Origin: Eledone cirrhosa
Lineage: Eukaryota
Length of the DNA: 64,000 bases
Direction of reading: 5' to 3'
NCBI GenBank assembly: GCA_964016885.1
Contig: OZ024742.1
Coordinates: 288,486,001 to 288,550,000 of the forward strand
In this document: positions 13,111 through 25,300 of the stretch, in pieces
How the letters are laid out: every line of letters begins with the position of its first letter
Position numbering within the stretch: the first letter of the stretch is position 1
Made by a program: the position numbers and the translations under genes
The notes under the pieces: generated by a model
Databases searched by the model: none
Seen by the model: only the letters and a program-made list of their open reading frames with translations
What the model was told of the DNA's origin: nothing

Positions 13111-13544
13111 TATAAACGTTTTTATATGTATAATAAAGCCAAAACAATGCAGGTTTGGACATAGAATAAAGAATGCAAATGCAAAAGATATTGTTGACAA
13201 TTAGTCTTTTACCTTAGATTTATTTAAATGTCCTAAATTTTCGAGATAATATCTCTTCTTCAGGGGGAATAAAGTTGTCAAACCAGTGTTCTAAATAGCT
13301 TGCCAAGTCATGCTGACAGGAAATGGTACCATTTCCTGTCAGCATGACTTGGCAAGCTATTTAGAACACTGGTTTGACAACTTTATTCCCCCTGAAGAAG
13401 AGATATTATCTCGAAAATTTAGGACATTTAAATAAATCTAAGGTAAAAGACTAATTGTCAACAATATCTTTTGCATTTGCATTCTTTATTCTATGTCCAT
13501 ACCTGCATTGTTTTGGCTTTATTATACATATACAAACGTTTATA
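13111..13544. repeat. 434-bp near-perfect spacerless palindrome
   Basis: Centre GGTACC at 13325-13330; arms match with only ~2 mismatches seen by eye. Confidence 0.9.
13382..13436 (+). ncRNA. Minimal hammerhead-like motif (second family); mirror copy on the minus strand at ~13219-13273
   Basis: TTTATT-CCCC-CTGAAGA(13392-13398)-A-GAGAT-ATT-ATCTC-GAAA(13413-13416)-ATT-TA-GG...AATAAA; stem I is only ~2 bp plus a distal helix. Confidence 0.5.
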
Positions 13545-13568
13545 CCTCATTACACAATGCTTCAAGTG

Positions 13569-13648
<80 letters not shown>

Positions 13649-13882
13649 TATACATATTTCAGAGGTACTGAGTTAAGTTCAACAGTACGTCCTCATCAGA
13701 TAAAATAAGATGATGCATGACATACCCTGACATAGTAGATGGTTAAGATTCAGTCACGGTAGTCACTACCATGATTGAATCTTAACCATCTACTATGTCA
13801 GGGTATGTCATGCATCATCTTATTTTATCTGAGGACGTACTGTTGAACTTAACTCAGTACCTCTGAAATATGTATAATAAAA
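13649..13882. ncRNA. Inverted pair of hammerhead motifs (minus ~13649-13707; plus ~13821-13882)
   Basis: Minus copy: TATTTTAT CTGATGA GGACGTACTG..CAGTACCTCT GAAA TATGTA TA. The plus copy is the same with CTGAGGA (3 nt shorter) and an intact 3' stem I, ATAAAATA. Confidence 0.6.
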
Positions 13883-14021
13883 TATACTTAATCTCAAGAA
13901 TATCTATTTTGTTAATATTTTGAATTAACATTAATAACTCTGGAAAACCAAACTGTTGAGTGCTTCCAATCTATTGTAAAACTCATTCTTTGATTTTATT
14001 CATTGAACCGTGTTTAACTTT

Positions 14022-14173
<152 letters not shown>

Positions 14174-14202
14174 TAAATGTAGACATTCACTTAATCAAAA
14201 TA

Positions 14203-14468
14203 TATTTTATTATATATATTTCGGTGGATTGGCAGTATCGGTAGAGGGTCGGACGCCATGCTTTGACGCATGGAGTTACGGCCCTTGCCATTCTGAGTTC
14301 AAATCCCGCCGAGGTTAACTTTGCCTTTCATCCTTACGGGGTCGATAAAATAAAGTACCAGTAATGCACTGGGTAATTGCTGGCCTTGTGCCAAAAGTAG
14401 AAACAATTATATATATTTCGGAGGTACTGTGCTGTTTTTTCAGTACACGTCCTCATCAGATAAAATAC
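14203..14468 (-). ncRNA. Hammerhead motif interrupted by a SINE insertion
   Basis: Reverse complement reads TATTTTAT CTGATGA GGACGTGTACTG..CAGTACCTCC GAAA TATATA TA. The 3' stem I strand (ATAAAATA) lies on the other side of the SINE at ~14203-14210. Confidence 0.6.
14225..14405 (+). mobile_element. tRNA-derived SINE
   Basis: A box TGGCAGTATCGG, B box GAGTTCAAATCC, body GCCTTTCATCC..GGGGTCGATAAAATAAAGTACCAGT; 16-bp target-site duplication. Confidence 0.85.
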
Positions 14469-14666
14469 ATAAATTGATGTATGACATACCTCAACTGTGC
14501 TGATAGTTCAATTCCAGACTGCGAAGACTGAATCCAGAAATAGCCGTCGAAACGGCTTGAGCTCTGCCGTCGGGATCATACTTGTTCCTATTACCCACTC
14601 TACTACCCTAAGTATTGAGTACTTTGGTTCGTTATGGTCCATCTGGTTCCTTACCACAATTCCTTC

Positions 14667-14698
<32 letters not shown>

Positions 14699-14702
<4 letters not shown>

Positions 14703-14951
14703 TAGAAATTAGAAATTATAAGCTTTCACAGTATTTTAGACTAAAGAAATTTCTAGCCTGATAGTGGGGTTTATAACCCTCGGAGAAATGGAAAAAGATG
14801 AGTGTTGCCGTACATGGGAGTGTTGCCTCCCATGTACGGCAACACTCATCTTTTTCCATTTCTCCGAGGATTATAAACCCCGCTATCAGGCTAGAAATTT
14901 CTTTAGTCTAAAATACGGTGAAAAAGCTTATAATTTCTAATTTCTAATTTT
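14699..14951. repeat. ~250-bp near-perfect palindrome
   Basis: Arms around a 6-nt spacer TGTTGC (14821-14826), flanked by (TA)n. Confidence 0.88.
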
Positions 14952-14997
14952 CAAACTCGCGCACCGTTTCAAAAACATACTTACATGTTTACATTTA

Positions 14998-15067
<70 letters not shown>

Positions 15068-15069
<2 letters not shown>

Positions 15070-15765
15070 AGGAGGTTATCAAGACTTAAATACATTACAA
15101 ATCGATTGCAATTCTTTCAGAATGAAAATATAAACAGAGCATATAAATAAATTTACAGTGGAATAACATAACAAATATCTTTTAAATATATACATAAATA
15201 ACATTAAAAATGCTTCGATAACATTATAAATAGCTCGCGATTCATTCAGAAAGATATATTCTTTTAATGTTACAATATTAAAGAAAACGTAAAGGAAGGG
15301 GTGTACAACCGAGCCAACGCCAGAGCAAAAGACAGCAACGTCGCGAGTAATGGGCAACCTCTCTAATGATTTTTGAGGCAAGCCAGCACACTCGCAGCTT
15401 TGGTTCGGGTGATGGCGAGGCTGATGCGCTGATACAGCCAAGCGCCCTCGCGAGATTCGCCAGTTACCTCTATTAGGCGAGCCGCCAGTGAAGAGAGGAA
15501 CCTCGCAGTCAGCGGCCCGACTCCCCCCAAACGTCTCGAAAACCACAGGCTGAAAAATGTAGCTGGCCGACAGATCAGAGTATTTGAGGGTCTTATTCCG
15601 CTCAGCTGCAGAAGCGGTGGCTCTCGTCCTAACCGCAGCATCCAGGATGTGGGAAAGAGCAAAAGAGTCACTAACAGTGACGTCCCAGACAAGGCACCTG
15701 CCTCTCGACAGGGGCACAGAGTAAGGCCGTCGGGTCTTTTGCCGTCACTTCTGGACAACCCAGAT
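15068..15765 (-). mobile_element. CRE-like RLE retrotransposon 3' fragment
   Basis: RSDGKRPDGLTL / GRCLVWDVTVSDSFA...AERNKTLKYSDL...FQPVVFETFG / WLYQRISLAI split by frameshifts; the 3' UTR abuts (TA)n. Confidence 0.78.
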
Positions 15766-15847
15766 AGATACCAGTATATGTATATACATACATATTATAT
15801 ATACACACATACATACAAATACACACACACACATATATATATATAGG

Positions 15848-16062
15848 TTTTCGATTTAGGTACAAGGCCAGCAATTTTGGAGGAGAGGAAAGTCGATTAA
15901 ATCGACTCCAGTGCATGATTAGTACTTTATTTCATCGACCCCATAAGGATGAAAGACAAAGCTAACCTCGGCAGGATTTGAACTCAGAACGTAAAGAAAC
16001 GTAACTATATGCCGCAAAGCATATTGTCTGACGCTCTACTGATACTACCAATCCATCGCCCA
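15848..16062 (-). mobile_element. tRNA-derived SINE (same family)
   Basis: Reverse complement of the 14225 family (GGATTTGAACTC, TCGACCCCATAAGGATGAAAG). Confidence 0.8.
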
Positions 16063-16099
16063 CAAACACATATGTGTGTGTTGTATGTATGTGTTCAGC

Positions 16100-16249
16100 T
16101 GACATCCGAAAGAGGGCAGCACCAGTCAGCTTTATTTAAATATTGTTAAAGTATGTTTTTATATTGTTTGGGGATTTTAATCATTGTTTAAGTGCCAGAA
16201 GTATTGATACTCACTTTACCAGAATCTCTCCTAGATACGAATACATCAG
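16100..16249 (+). promoter_or_regulatory. Candidate CENPK promoter / upstream exon
   Basis: Non-repeat patch with a CTCF-like motif CCGAAAGAGGGCAGCA (16106-16121) and a donor CAG|GTAAAA at 16249/50 whose phase is compatible with the 19383 exon. Confidence 0.35.
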
Positions 16250-16609
16250 GTAAAATAATTTTACGTCTAATAATAATAACCAAAATAATTTCGAATAAGT
16301 TATTGTCCCGCCAAAACTTCCAAGTTTCTTTTAATAATAATATATGTATGTATATATACATAGACATATATATATTATATTCTTTTACATTTTAGTCAGT
16401 TGATTGCGGTACGCTGAAGCACCGCCTTTGAATTAGTCAATCGCTTTGACCCAGAACTTATTTTATCGATCTTTTTGTTCTGTCTAACCGTCATGTTATG
16501 GGGCATAAACATGGATACACGCACACACAAATATATATGTATATACGACGACCGGCTTTAGCAGTCACCCTCTAGCAACCTCCACCCGAGTCCACATATA
16601 CACACTCAC

Positions 16610-17100
16610 GCGTTTTTACGTCCGTTTTTTTACGCTTGCATGGGTTGGACGCGTCCTCAGCACAGCACCTCTCCACTCACCGCGTTTCTTCATTTCCTCT
16701 GTGAGTCTCAGTGATTTGAAGTCAGCTCTCACAACCTCTGCCCAGGTCTTCTTTGGTCTACCTCTACGGCGGCTTCCATCCACTGACATTTCCTGGCACT
16801 TCACTCATCGATCATCATCCATGCGCATTACATGTCCGTACCAACGCAGTCAGTCTTCTCTCTTGCACACCACCTCGGATTCCTCTTAAACCCAGATTTT
16901 CTCTCATTTCATCCAAACTTTGCTTTTATCTCACATTTACATTGTACATCCAATGAATCATGGCTACTTCCTTTCTCTCCAGTCCTCTGCAGCCACTGCC
17001 CAAATTTCACTATCATGCAGTCCCGCACTTCGCACACAGACGTCATGCAGTCATCCTTTTGTTGTCAACAGTGAAAGTAGCTCTCTAAACAAATATCACT
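16610..17100 (-). mobile_element. RTE LINE 3' fragment
   Basis: [28 protein letters not shown] with the typical 3' tail. Confidence 0.8.
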
Positions 17101-18220
17101 GCTGATAGTGTGTCACACCCACTACCAATTTTTTTCAGTTGTGTTCTACCAGAATATTTCTTGTCTCTGCACCTGGATCACAATTCATGAGCTGATATCT
17201 ATCGAAGCTCCTCACCATTTTCTGAATACTCTGCCTAGTGACACTGAATTCTACTATCCTGGTTAGGAACAGGATCCTATGCACTCCAATATGGTGCTTA
17301 CTATGCTGTTTCCTTAGCTCCAGGTCACCCAGCTGCCATTCTACCACCACCACCCCTCTCCAAATCCTTTGGCATTTCCAACTAAGTTTTCTTCACCCTA
17401 GTTAGAACATCTGCCTTATTCCACTCCAAGGACACAAAACTATTTACAATTTCAGGTCCAACTTGGCAGCTCGCTCACCCAGAATTCCCAAACATTGTTT
17501 AATTATCATATCTGCTGCCCTTTTCATTCACAGGCTCCTCTCATCATTGAATACTGATCTCAACCATCCAAGTACAGTGGTTGAATCCCTTTGAATCTCA
17601 ATAGTGAGCAGCTCCCATTACAAGACCAGATTCACTCCCTTTAGCATGTGGTTGCTGTTGTTCTTTCTAAGCTAGGCTGCATCCTCTATCTCAGCACCCT
17701 CTATTTCCAGAACAACCTTTATTGCTATACTGCTAGCATCACACCATATGATTCTGTTTTTCAATTTGGGCATGTACTAGATATCTCTTACTGGATCCTC
17801 TACCTTATCTCCCACATCAGAGCTACCATCCTCTGTCACCCCAGCTTACTCTGTCTCTTGTCATAGCTACATGCTGTTTGGAGCCACCCTGCAGTTGTAT
17901 AGTGGCCCACCAGTCTCCCACAGATCTGGAATAGTTCTCATCTGTTCAATCCAGCACTCAATTCCAGGATCTCATTCTCTCTCCAAAATACCAATACACT
18001 TGTTTTGTCTCTTTCTAGCTTGAGCCCCCTCCCCCTGTAACTCCTCCTTCCATTGCTTCTGGTGATTTTGTTATCAATTTGAACCTCCTTAGGTGGTCTA
18101 TAAGGATGGCGTGTATGTAGGAATTGGTAGCTCCTTTCATCTTGTCCACCTTTCCTAGGACAGCTTTGAGAACTGTCGACATGATCCTCGGCACTGAGTT
18201 TAGCACAGAAGACTGATTGT
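17100..18220 (-). mobile_element. Second decayed copy of the same Gypsy-like element
   Basis: The reverse complement of 17590-17750 aligns by eye with 32340-32520 (e.g. TAGCAGTATAGCAATA...GATGCAGCC...TATTGAGATTCAAA). Confidence 0.55.
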
Positions 18221-18224
18221 ATCT

Positions 18225-18771
18225 GTGCCCATTGCTATATCAACCTCATCCACCACATGGTCGATCACAAATGTTCCCTGTGTCACATTTAGCTTTGATG
18301 ACTGCTTCAATATGAAGTCTGAAATGTTGACATGCTTGAATCAGATGATCTTTATCTTTTTGGACACTGTACTAGTTACAGCTAACTTCAGAGATTTTAT
18401 AGTGTTATAGGAGTGTTGATTGACTTCCCTCTCGACTATGCCCCATACATAGTAATCAAATGGATTCAGGTCTGGAGGGCTTGGAAGCCATCTGGCTGGG
18501 GTGATATGATTGTTCAGATTGTAACTCATCCATTCTAGGGTCGTTTTGGTCTTATGAGACAGCACAGTCTTGTTGGTAGGTGTATGGACTTCCTTTGTTC
18601 ATGGTCTCTATCCAAGGCTTCAAAGCCCTCCTTATAGTCATCAACAATGACCCTTAAGCCCTGAGGAAAGAAGTGAGGAAGTATGACATCTTCCTTGTTG
18701 ATCATGACTCCTAGAATTTTTTCAGTTGCCAAAAACTTTGTGTACATGATGACATGCAATAAAAAATACAA
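18225..18771 (-). mobile_element. Tc1/mariner transposase relic
   Basis: WLPSPPDLNPFDYYVWGIVE (SPDLNP catalytic motif), preceded by LPHFFPQGLRV..DDY. Confidence 0.8.
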
Positions 18772-18784
18772 CTATTAATAATAA

Positions 18785-19325
18785 TAATTGATCCTACTTT
18801 TGGCACAAGGCCAGCAATTACCCAGTGTATTACTGGTACTTTATTTTATCGACCCCGTAAGGATGAAAGGCAAAGTCAACCTCAGCAGGATTTGAACTCA
18901 GAATGGCAAGCGCCATAACTCTTTGCTGCAAAGCATGGCGTCCGACCCTCTACCGATACTGCCAATCCATCGCCCTACTATTAATAATAATAATGATTTC
19001 TGATATAGGCACAAGGCCAGCAATTTTGAGGGAGGGTAAAGTCGATTAAATTGACCCAAGTGTGTGTGTGACTGGTACTTTATTTTATCGAGCCCGTAAG
19101 GATGAAAGGCAAAGCTAACATAGGCAGGATTTCAACTCAGAATGTAAAGGCCCGCAACTCTATTCCGCAAAGTAGAGTGTCCGACGTTCTACTGATTCTG
19201 CCAATCTACCACTCTCATAATAATAATAATTGTTTCTACTTTTGGCACAAGGCCAGCAATTATCCCAGTGTATTACTGGTTATTTTATTTTATCAACCCT
19301 GTAAGGATGAAAGGTAAAGTTAACC
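18785..19325 (-). mobile_element. Three tandem tRNA-derived SINE copies
   Basis: Repeated GGCACAAGGCCAGCAATT...TCGACCCCGTAAGGATGAAAGGCAAAG units separated by (AAT)n. Confidence 0.8.
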
Positions 19326-19382
19326 TAGTAACCCTAACCTCATAATAATAATAATGTATGTATATTTCTTTGTGTTTGCCAG

Positions 19383-22300
19383 ATGAAACAGAAATGAGTG
19401 TCTCACAGTGGAAAGAGAACAAGGTAAGTGAAATATTATCCCTCACAGTGTCTTACTGTTTTATATTATCCCACACAATGTCTGACTGTTTGTGATATAT
19501 TATCCCTTACTGTTTATCTCAATCATGGTTGTCTAGTTAGCACTTATGCTTTGCAACTATGGAAAGGCTACCAAGAGAGAATACAAACAGTGTTCATGGT
19601 GAAAATATTTTCCAGAAAATACACTCCAGCATGAAGCCATTCCCACAACAGGTCTGCTGGTTGAAGCCATTCCCACAACAGGTCTGCTGGTTGAAGCCAT
19701 TCCCACAACAAGTCTGCTAGTTGAAGCAGTTTCTAACTTCAAAGAGCCAAAGATTAGATGTGTTCCTCATTGTTGTGTAAACTAGGAGAAAGATGACGTT
19801 GGACCTCTGATGATTCTGAGCACGAGTGATCCAGTTGTTTGACCAACAGAACATCCTGCTCATCAAATTAACATGCAAGTGGGTGACCATTCTACAGGCA
19901 TGTGGACTCTTATCATAGTTTTCAGGGAGATTCAGAATGTTGAGGCTGATCTTTTGAATTATAGGTACTACTCGTGTTTGTAACACAAAATAAAGTGTTT
20001 TTCTCTCATGCTGCCAGAAATTGAACTCACAAACTTTATGATTGTGAGCCAAACACCCATCTGTGGCAGGGTGAACATGTATTTTATATCAAGTTGAGTT
20101 GACTTGAGATTTTAAAGAAATGTTCAATGTTACTTTATTGTAGATTATTCAAGATGTTTGTGAAGATCTCTGGGCTGACATTTTAAACGTAAGGACCTTT
20201 TGTTTTTCTTTTGTTTATTTTCTCCAAACATTTCTATTTCAAAACTGATGTGGAAGCCCTTCACATACATGCATCTCTCTCTCTCAGCTCAGTTCCTCTA
20301 TCATTAAAAATAATTAGCCTTCAATCTTGTCTGTTCTTATGAAGAATTCTGTGTGTTTATATATGTATGTATACATTAAGGCATTATGTATGTGTGTAAC
20401 TCAAAAGACCTTCCCACCACTACAAACACTGTGACACTAAAAGTAAATCTGGTGGAGAGGTCTCTATACCCTACAGTAGACAAGACAGCCTCCAGTTTCA
20501 CAGTGGAGCATTCTTGGTATACCCCCGCCTCACACCCGTAAAGTAGTTGGGGAATAGATTAAGGTACGTAGAATACAAAGGATTTTCTGGAGCTGTCAAG
20601 TACCTGACAACCACTCTACTATTGGTGCCATGATAAAATGCAATAAGAACATTGTGAAAAGTGTTAGTGTTAGTATCAAAATAAAATGTAACTTGGTACA
20701 TTCTGTAAGGTAGTTGGTGTAAGGAAGGACATCCAACCATAGAAACCATGCCAAAAACAATATATGAGCAAGATATATCCCTGACCGTTGTAGTCTCAAA
20801 ACATGATGTGCATCTGTGTATATCATCATCATCATCATCATCACCGTTTAATATCTTATTTTCCATGCTTGCATGGGTTAGATGGAGCGTCCACATTATG
20901 AGGCAAATCTGGCCAGTTGGCCATGTCATACCATGCTCAAATGGAACTGTATTTAGGCCGGGTTTTTTACTATTGGAAGCCCTTCCTCACACCAACCACG
21001 GTTACAGTGTGTGTATATGTATATATATGTACATGTATGAAATGATTAGAATACAACGAGTAACAACATAGGGTAAGGAGGACTCTCTAGTCAAGTCAAT
21101 GATTTGACAATCTCTCTAGTTTTTTTGCCATGATAAAATGCACCCAATACGCTCTGTTAAGTGGTAGTACTTGTGTCATAAGACGCACCTAGTACATTCT
21201 GTATAGTAGTTGATATTAGGAAGGGAATCTAACTGTAGAACCCATGCCATAACTGGAACATATCTGAGACGTACCCCCTGCCCCATCTAGGAGGACAATA
21301 GCTCTGATTAAGTACATTCCACAGACACATGTACACTCAACATAGTATTCATCATAACACATTGTGTGAAAAGTCTGACCCTTAATTACAGCTATAGCAC
21401 ATTTTTGCCAGCTGAGTGGACTGGAGCAACATGAGATAAAGTATCTTGCTCAAGGACACAATGCATCACTGAGTATAGAACTTATGATCATAAAGTCATG
21501 AACTGCCCTAACCACTAAGCTATCTACTTTCACATGAAGTAATATGGTATGGACCCGTAACTTCTGGGGGGGGGGGAGGGGTTGTAGGGGTGCCATATTG
21601 ACATACAGTGTCTCTAGGGCATTTTGTTAAAACTTGGCAGTCTATCTCCTTTCCAGGTCTGTATACAGTAGATTTCTTCCAGAGAAGGATAGAGAGAGTG
21701 AGAGAAAGGAAGTGGGAAAGAGATATAGAGGAAGAATTGACCCTAGTACTTGACCATGGTACTTTTTTTATCGACTATTAACGGATGAAAGGCAAAGTTG
21801 ACCTCGGTGAGATTTGAAATCAAAAAGCAGAGAGCCAAAATGAATGCTACAAAGCATTTTATCCAACGTTCTAATGACTTCCAATTTGCATGTGTATGTA
21901 TCTCCTCCTGTGTCTATATATGTGTGTATGTCTCCTGATGTAATATATCTAATAGTAAAATAATTGAAGTACTAAACCTGCCAGGGATTGAAACCTTGTC
22001 TCTCCCACTGTCTCTTTTGTTTCATACTATATTACAGGCTTATAAAGCTGGGGCACAGAAGACTTTGCCTAAACAATCCATTTCAAATATGACAGAGAAA
22101 TATCTACAGGCTGCTGTTGATATTGACAGTGAAATTTCAGAAGGTACTGTTGTTGTTGGTGGTGATGGTATTGTTACTGTTATTGCAGTTGTGACTGTTT
22201 TTGTTGTTGCTTGTGTTGTTATTGCAGTTGTTACTGTTCTTGTTGTTGATAGTGTTGTTGTTATTGTTGCTGTTGTCATTGATTGTAGCAGTCTTATCTT

Positions 22301-25300
22301 CTTTCCTACTTAGCAAAACTTTAGTCTTCGCTAAATTTACTTTGATTCCAGATTTTGTTTTTATGCCTGAAAATTCTCAAATTCTTCTGCAGTTTCTTCT
22401 ATAAGGGCCATAATACCATGAGTTGCCACGGACAACTTTAATTACTCTGTGAGGGCTTGGAGAACTATAATAAATAGAATGGGGGCTGGGAACTGAACCA
22501 TGGACTTCAACCCACACACTAAATTTATCAGTGTCAATAATAATCATCACCTTGCTGACTGCATATTTGTACCCCGCTTGCCTGGTCCTCACAAACCATT
22601 CACCTATCCCTAACTTTGTAAGCAGATTAAAAAGCATAGGATTCTGTCAAAAGTCTTTTCCAGGTCAATGAATGCTAGTTAGCTAAATGCTTCTCTTGCA
22701 GTTGTCTCACTAGGACAATGGCAACAGTAATGCTTCGTCAATACAAAGCCAAGCTGCATCCTATCGAAATAAATTTTGTCTCTAATTAGTTATGCAATAA
22801 TTATTTCTGTGACTTTCATAACCTCATCCAATAACTTGATGTCTCTGTAATTCGCTCTCTAATGTGTCACCTCAACCTATGTAGCAATTGATAATGATGC
22901 CATTATGCCAGTCATTGGGTATGACACCTTCTTGCATTAGCTGTATCCTGCTTCACCAGAGAATTTAATCATCTCAATGCCAATCCCTGAAGGACTGGCT
23001 GCTTTCTCTGTCTTCATATCCTTATCAACTTTGATGGCTGATCTCTCAGTTGAGTCAACTTGGGGTGGACCCTCATTCTCCCATGCATTCTTGCTATTCA
23101 ACAACCTCATGTAGTAACACTTCCATGTAATGGTAAGTGTACTGCTGTCATTGCATACACATTTCTCCCTCACAACATCTTGGTTCTCTCTTGTACATCA
23201 TCATCATCATCATATGTGCATCTTCCACGCTAGCATGAGTTAGACGGTTTTGTTCCATTTGATGTGGGATTGGTCGGCAGACCATGCCTCTGGCAGGTTT
23301 TCTACGGCTAGATACCCTTCCTAACACCAACCACATTTACAGTGTGGACTGGGAGCCTTTTTACTGTGTCTCCTACATGACCACTTTACAGTGTGGACTG
23401 GGTGCTTTTTGTTGTGTCACCGACACAGTGGATGGGGTAGGGTGTGTGGGATGGGGTGTATATTGGGTTAAGAGGTGCCTACTGACTAGGTTTGTATGCA
23501 AGGGAAGGCGAGTCTTCTGTACAACTACATGGTGCTAAAGATCTCGATACAGTGACATTGTTTTAGAGAGGTGTAGGTGAATAAGGTAAGTTTTTATCAC
23601 CTCATCCCAGGTTTTTCTTGGTCTACCCACTCTATAGCTTCCATCAATTTTCATTGTTCTGCACTTTTTTATACAATTGTCATCCTTCATACGCATCACA
23701 TGGCCATACCAATGCAATCTCCTCTCCAGAACACAACATTTGATACCTCTTATGCTTAGTCTCTCTCTCTCAATTCGTTTATGCTTCACCGTTAACGCAC
23801 ATTACTATTACACATCCATCGGAACATGCAAGCTTCATTTCTTTCTAATCTATGCAAGTCTTCAGCACACAACGCCCAGGTCTCACTACCATGTGATATC
23901 GCCGTTTGTATACAAACATCATACAATCTGCCTTTCACTTTTAGAGAAAAACCCCTTGTGGCCAACGGCGGTATTAGCTCTCTGCACTTTTTCCATCCCA
24001 TTCTAACTCTGGCTACTACACTTTCAGAGCACCCTCTTCCACTGCTAATTTTGTCACCCAGGTAACGGAAAGTGTCTACTATTTCTATAGAACACTGTCT
24101 TGCAATCTCGAACACCTCATGCCCCTGGTCCTCGTGTTGCAAAACATTAGCAAACCTCTTACTCTTTGCCTCCCTTCTAGCTAAATAGACTTAATGTTTA
24201 GCTTTTCTCCTAGGTGCCTCTCCTAAGAACCTCCAGGCTTTTGCAAAGTTTATATCGTCCTATTTACAGTACTGTTCCACCACAATGTCAATCTCTCTCT
24301 CTCTCTCTCTCTCTCTCATAACATCACTTTACGTCCACTATTCCTTGCTTGTAAGGGTTGGACGGGTCCTATTCAGCACAGCATCTCTCCACTTGTCACG
24401 GTCCTTTGTCATTTCCTCGGTGGGTTTCAGCGAATTGAGGTCTGTTCTCACCACCTCCGCCCATGTTTTTCGTGGTCTACCTCTACTGGGATTTCTTGGC
24501 ACTTCTTTACCCAGCGGTCATCCTCCATGCGCATCACATGTCCATACCATCTCAGCCTTCTCTCCTGCATACTACAACTTATCCCTCTTATACCCAGTTT
24601 ATTTCTCAACTCGTCTATGCTTGGTCGTTCACGCACATTGACATTGTACATCCAACGGAGCATACTTGCTTCATTTCTCTGCAGTTGCTGCCCATGTCTC
24701 ACTACCATAAAGCATCGCGCATCTCACACAGGCTATATATAAATAAATATATATATGTCCTCTAATGTCTATATGTGTATGTCTTCCAGTGTCCATATAT
24801 GTGTATATCCTCTGATGTCTATATATCTGTGTATCTCCTCCGATGTCTACATATATATATGTATGTCCCTCAGTGTGTGTATCTATATATACATCCTCCA
24901 GTGTATATGTATGTCCTCTGATGTCTATATTTCAGGGTTACCTGTAGATGTTGACCTCCAACAGAAGTATGTTGTTCAACAACTAAAAAGCAGCATCAAT
25001 GACCAAAAGAAGTTGCTCTACCTGATGGATTTGATGGAAGCCACACTGACCAGTCAGCTACAAGAGTGAGTGATTGGTTATAATCTGTCACATGACTGCT
25101 CAAGGTGGTGGTGGAGTGGGCTATGTCTTCATCTCTCACCACATCACACTACACTATACCTCCACTGCACTACACCACACTACATCATTCTACACCACAT
25201 CACACTACACTACACCACCAATACACTACACACCACACCACCACAGTACACCACATCAGTTTATATTTCAATATTTCTCTGCAGGGAAAAGGATGATCTT

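Noticed and set aside
14945-14990. CGCG + TTCAAA as a CDE/CHR promoter for CENPK
   Set aside because: Contiguous with a repeat palindrome arm between TA tracts; no supporting exon.
22040-22404. Thr-rich / Leu-rich ORFs
   Set aside because: (GTT)n-like intronic repeat following the CENPK exon 22038-22143.
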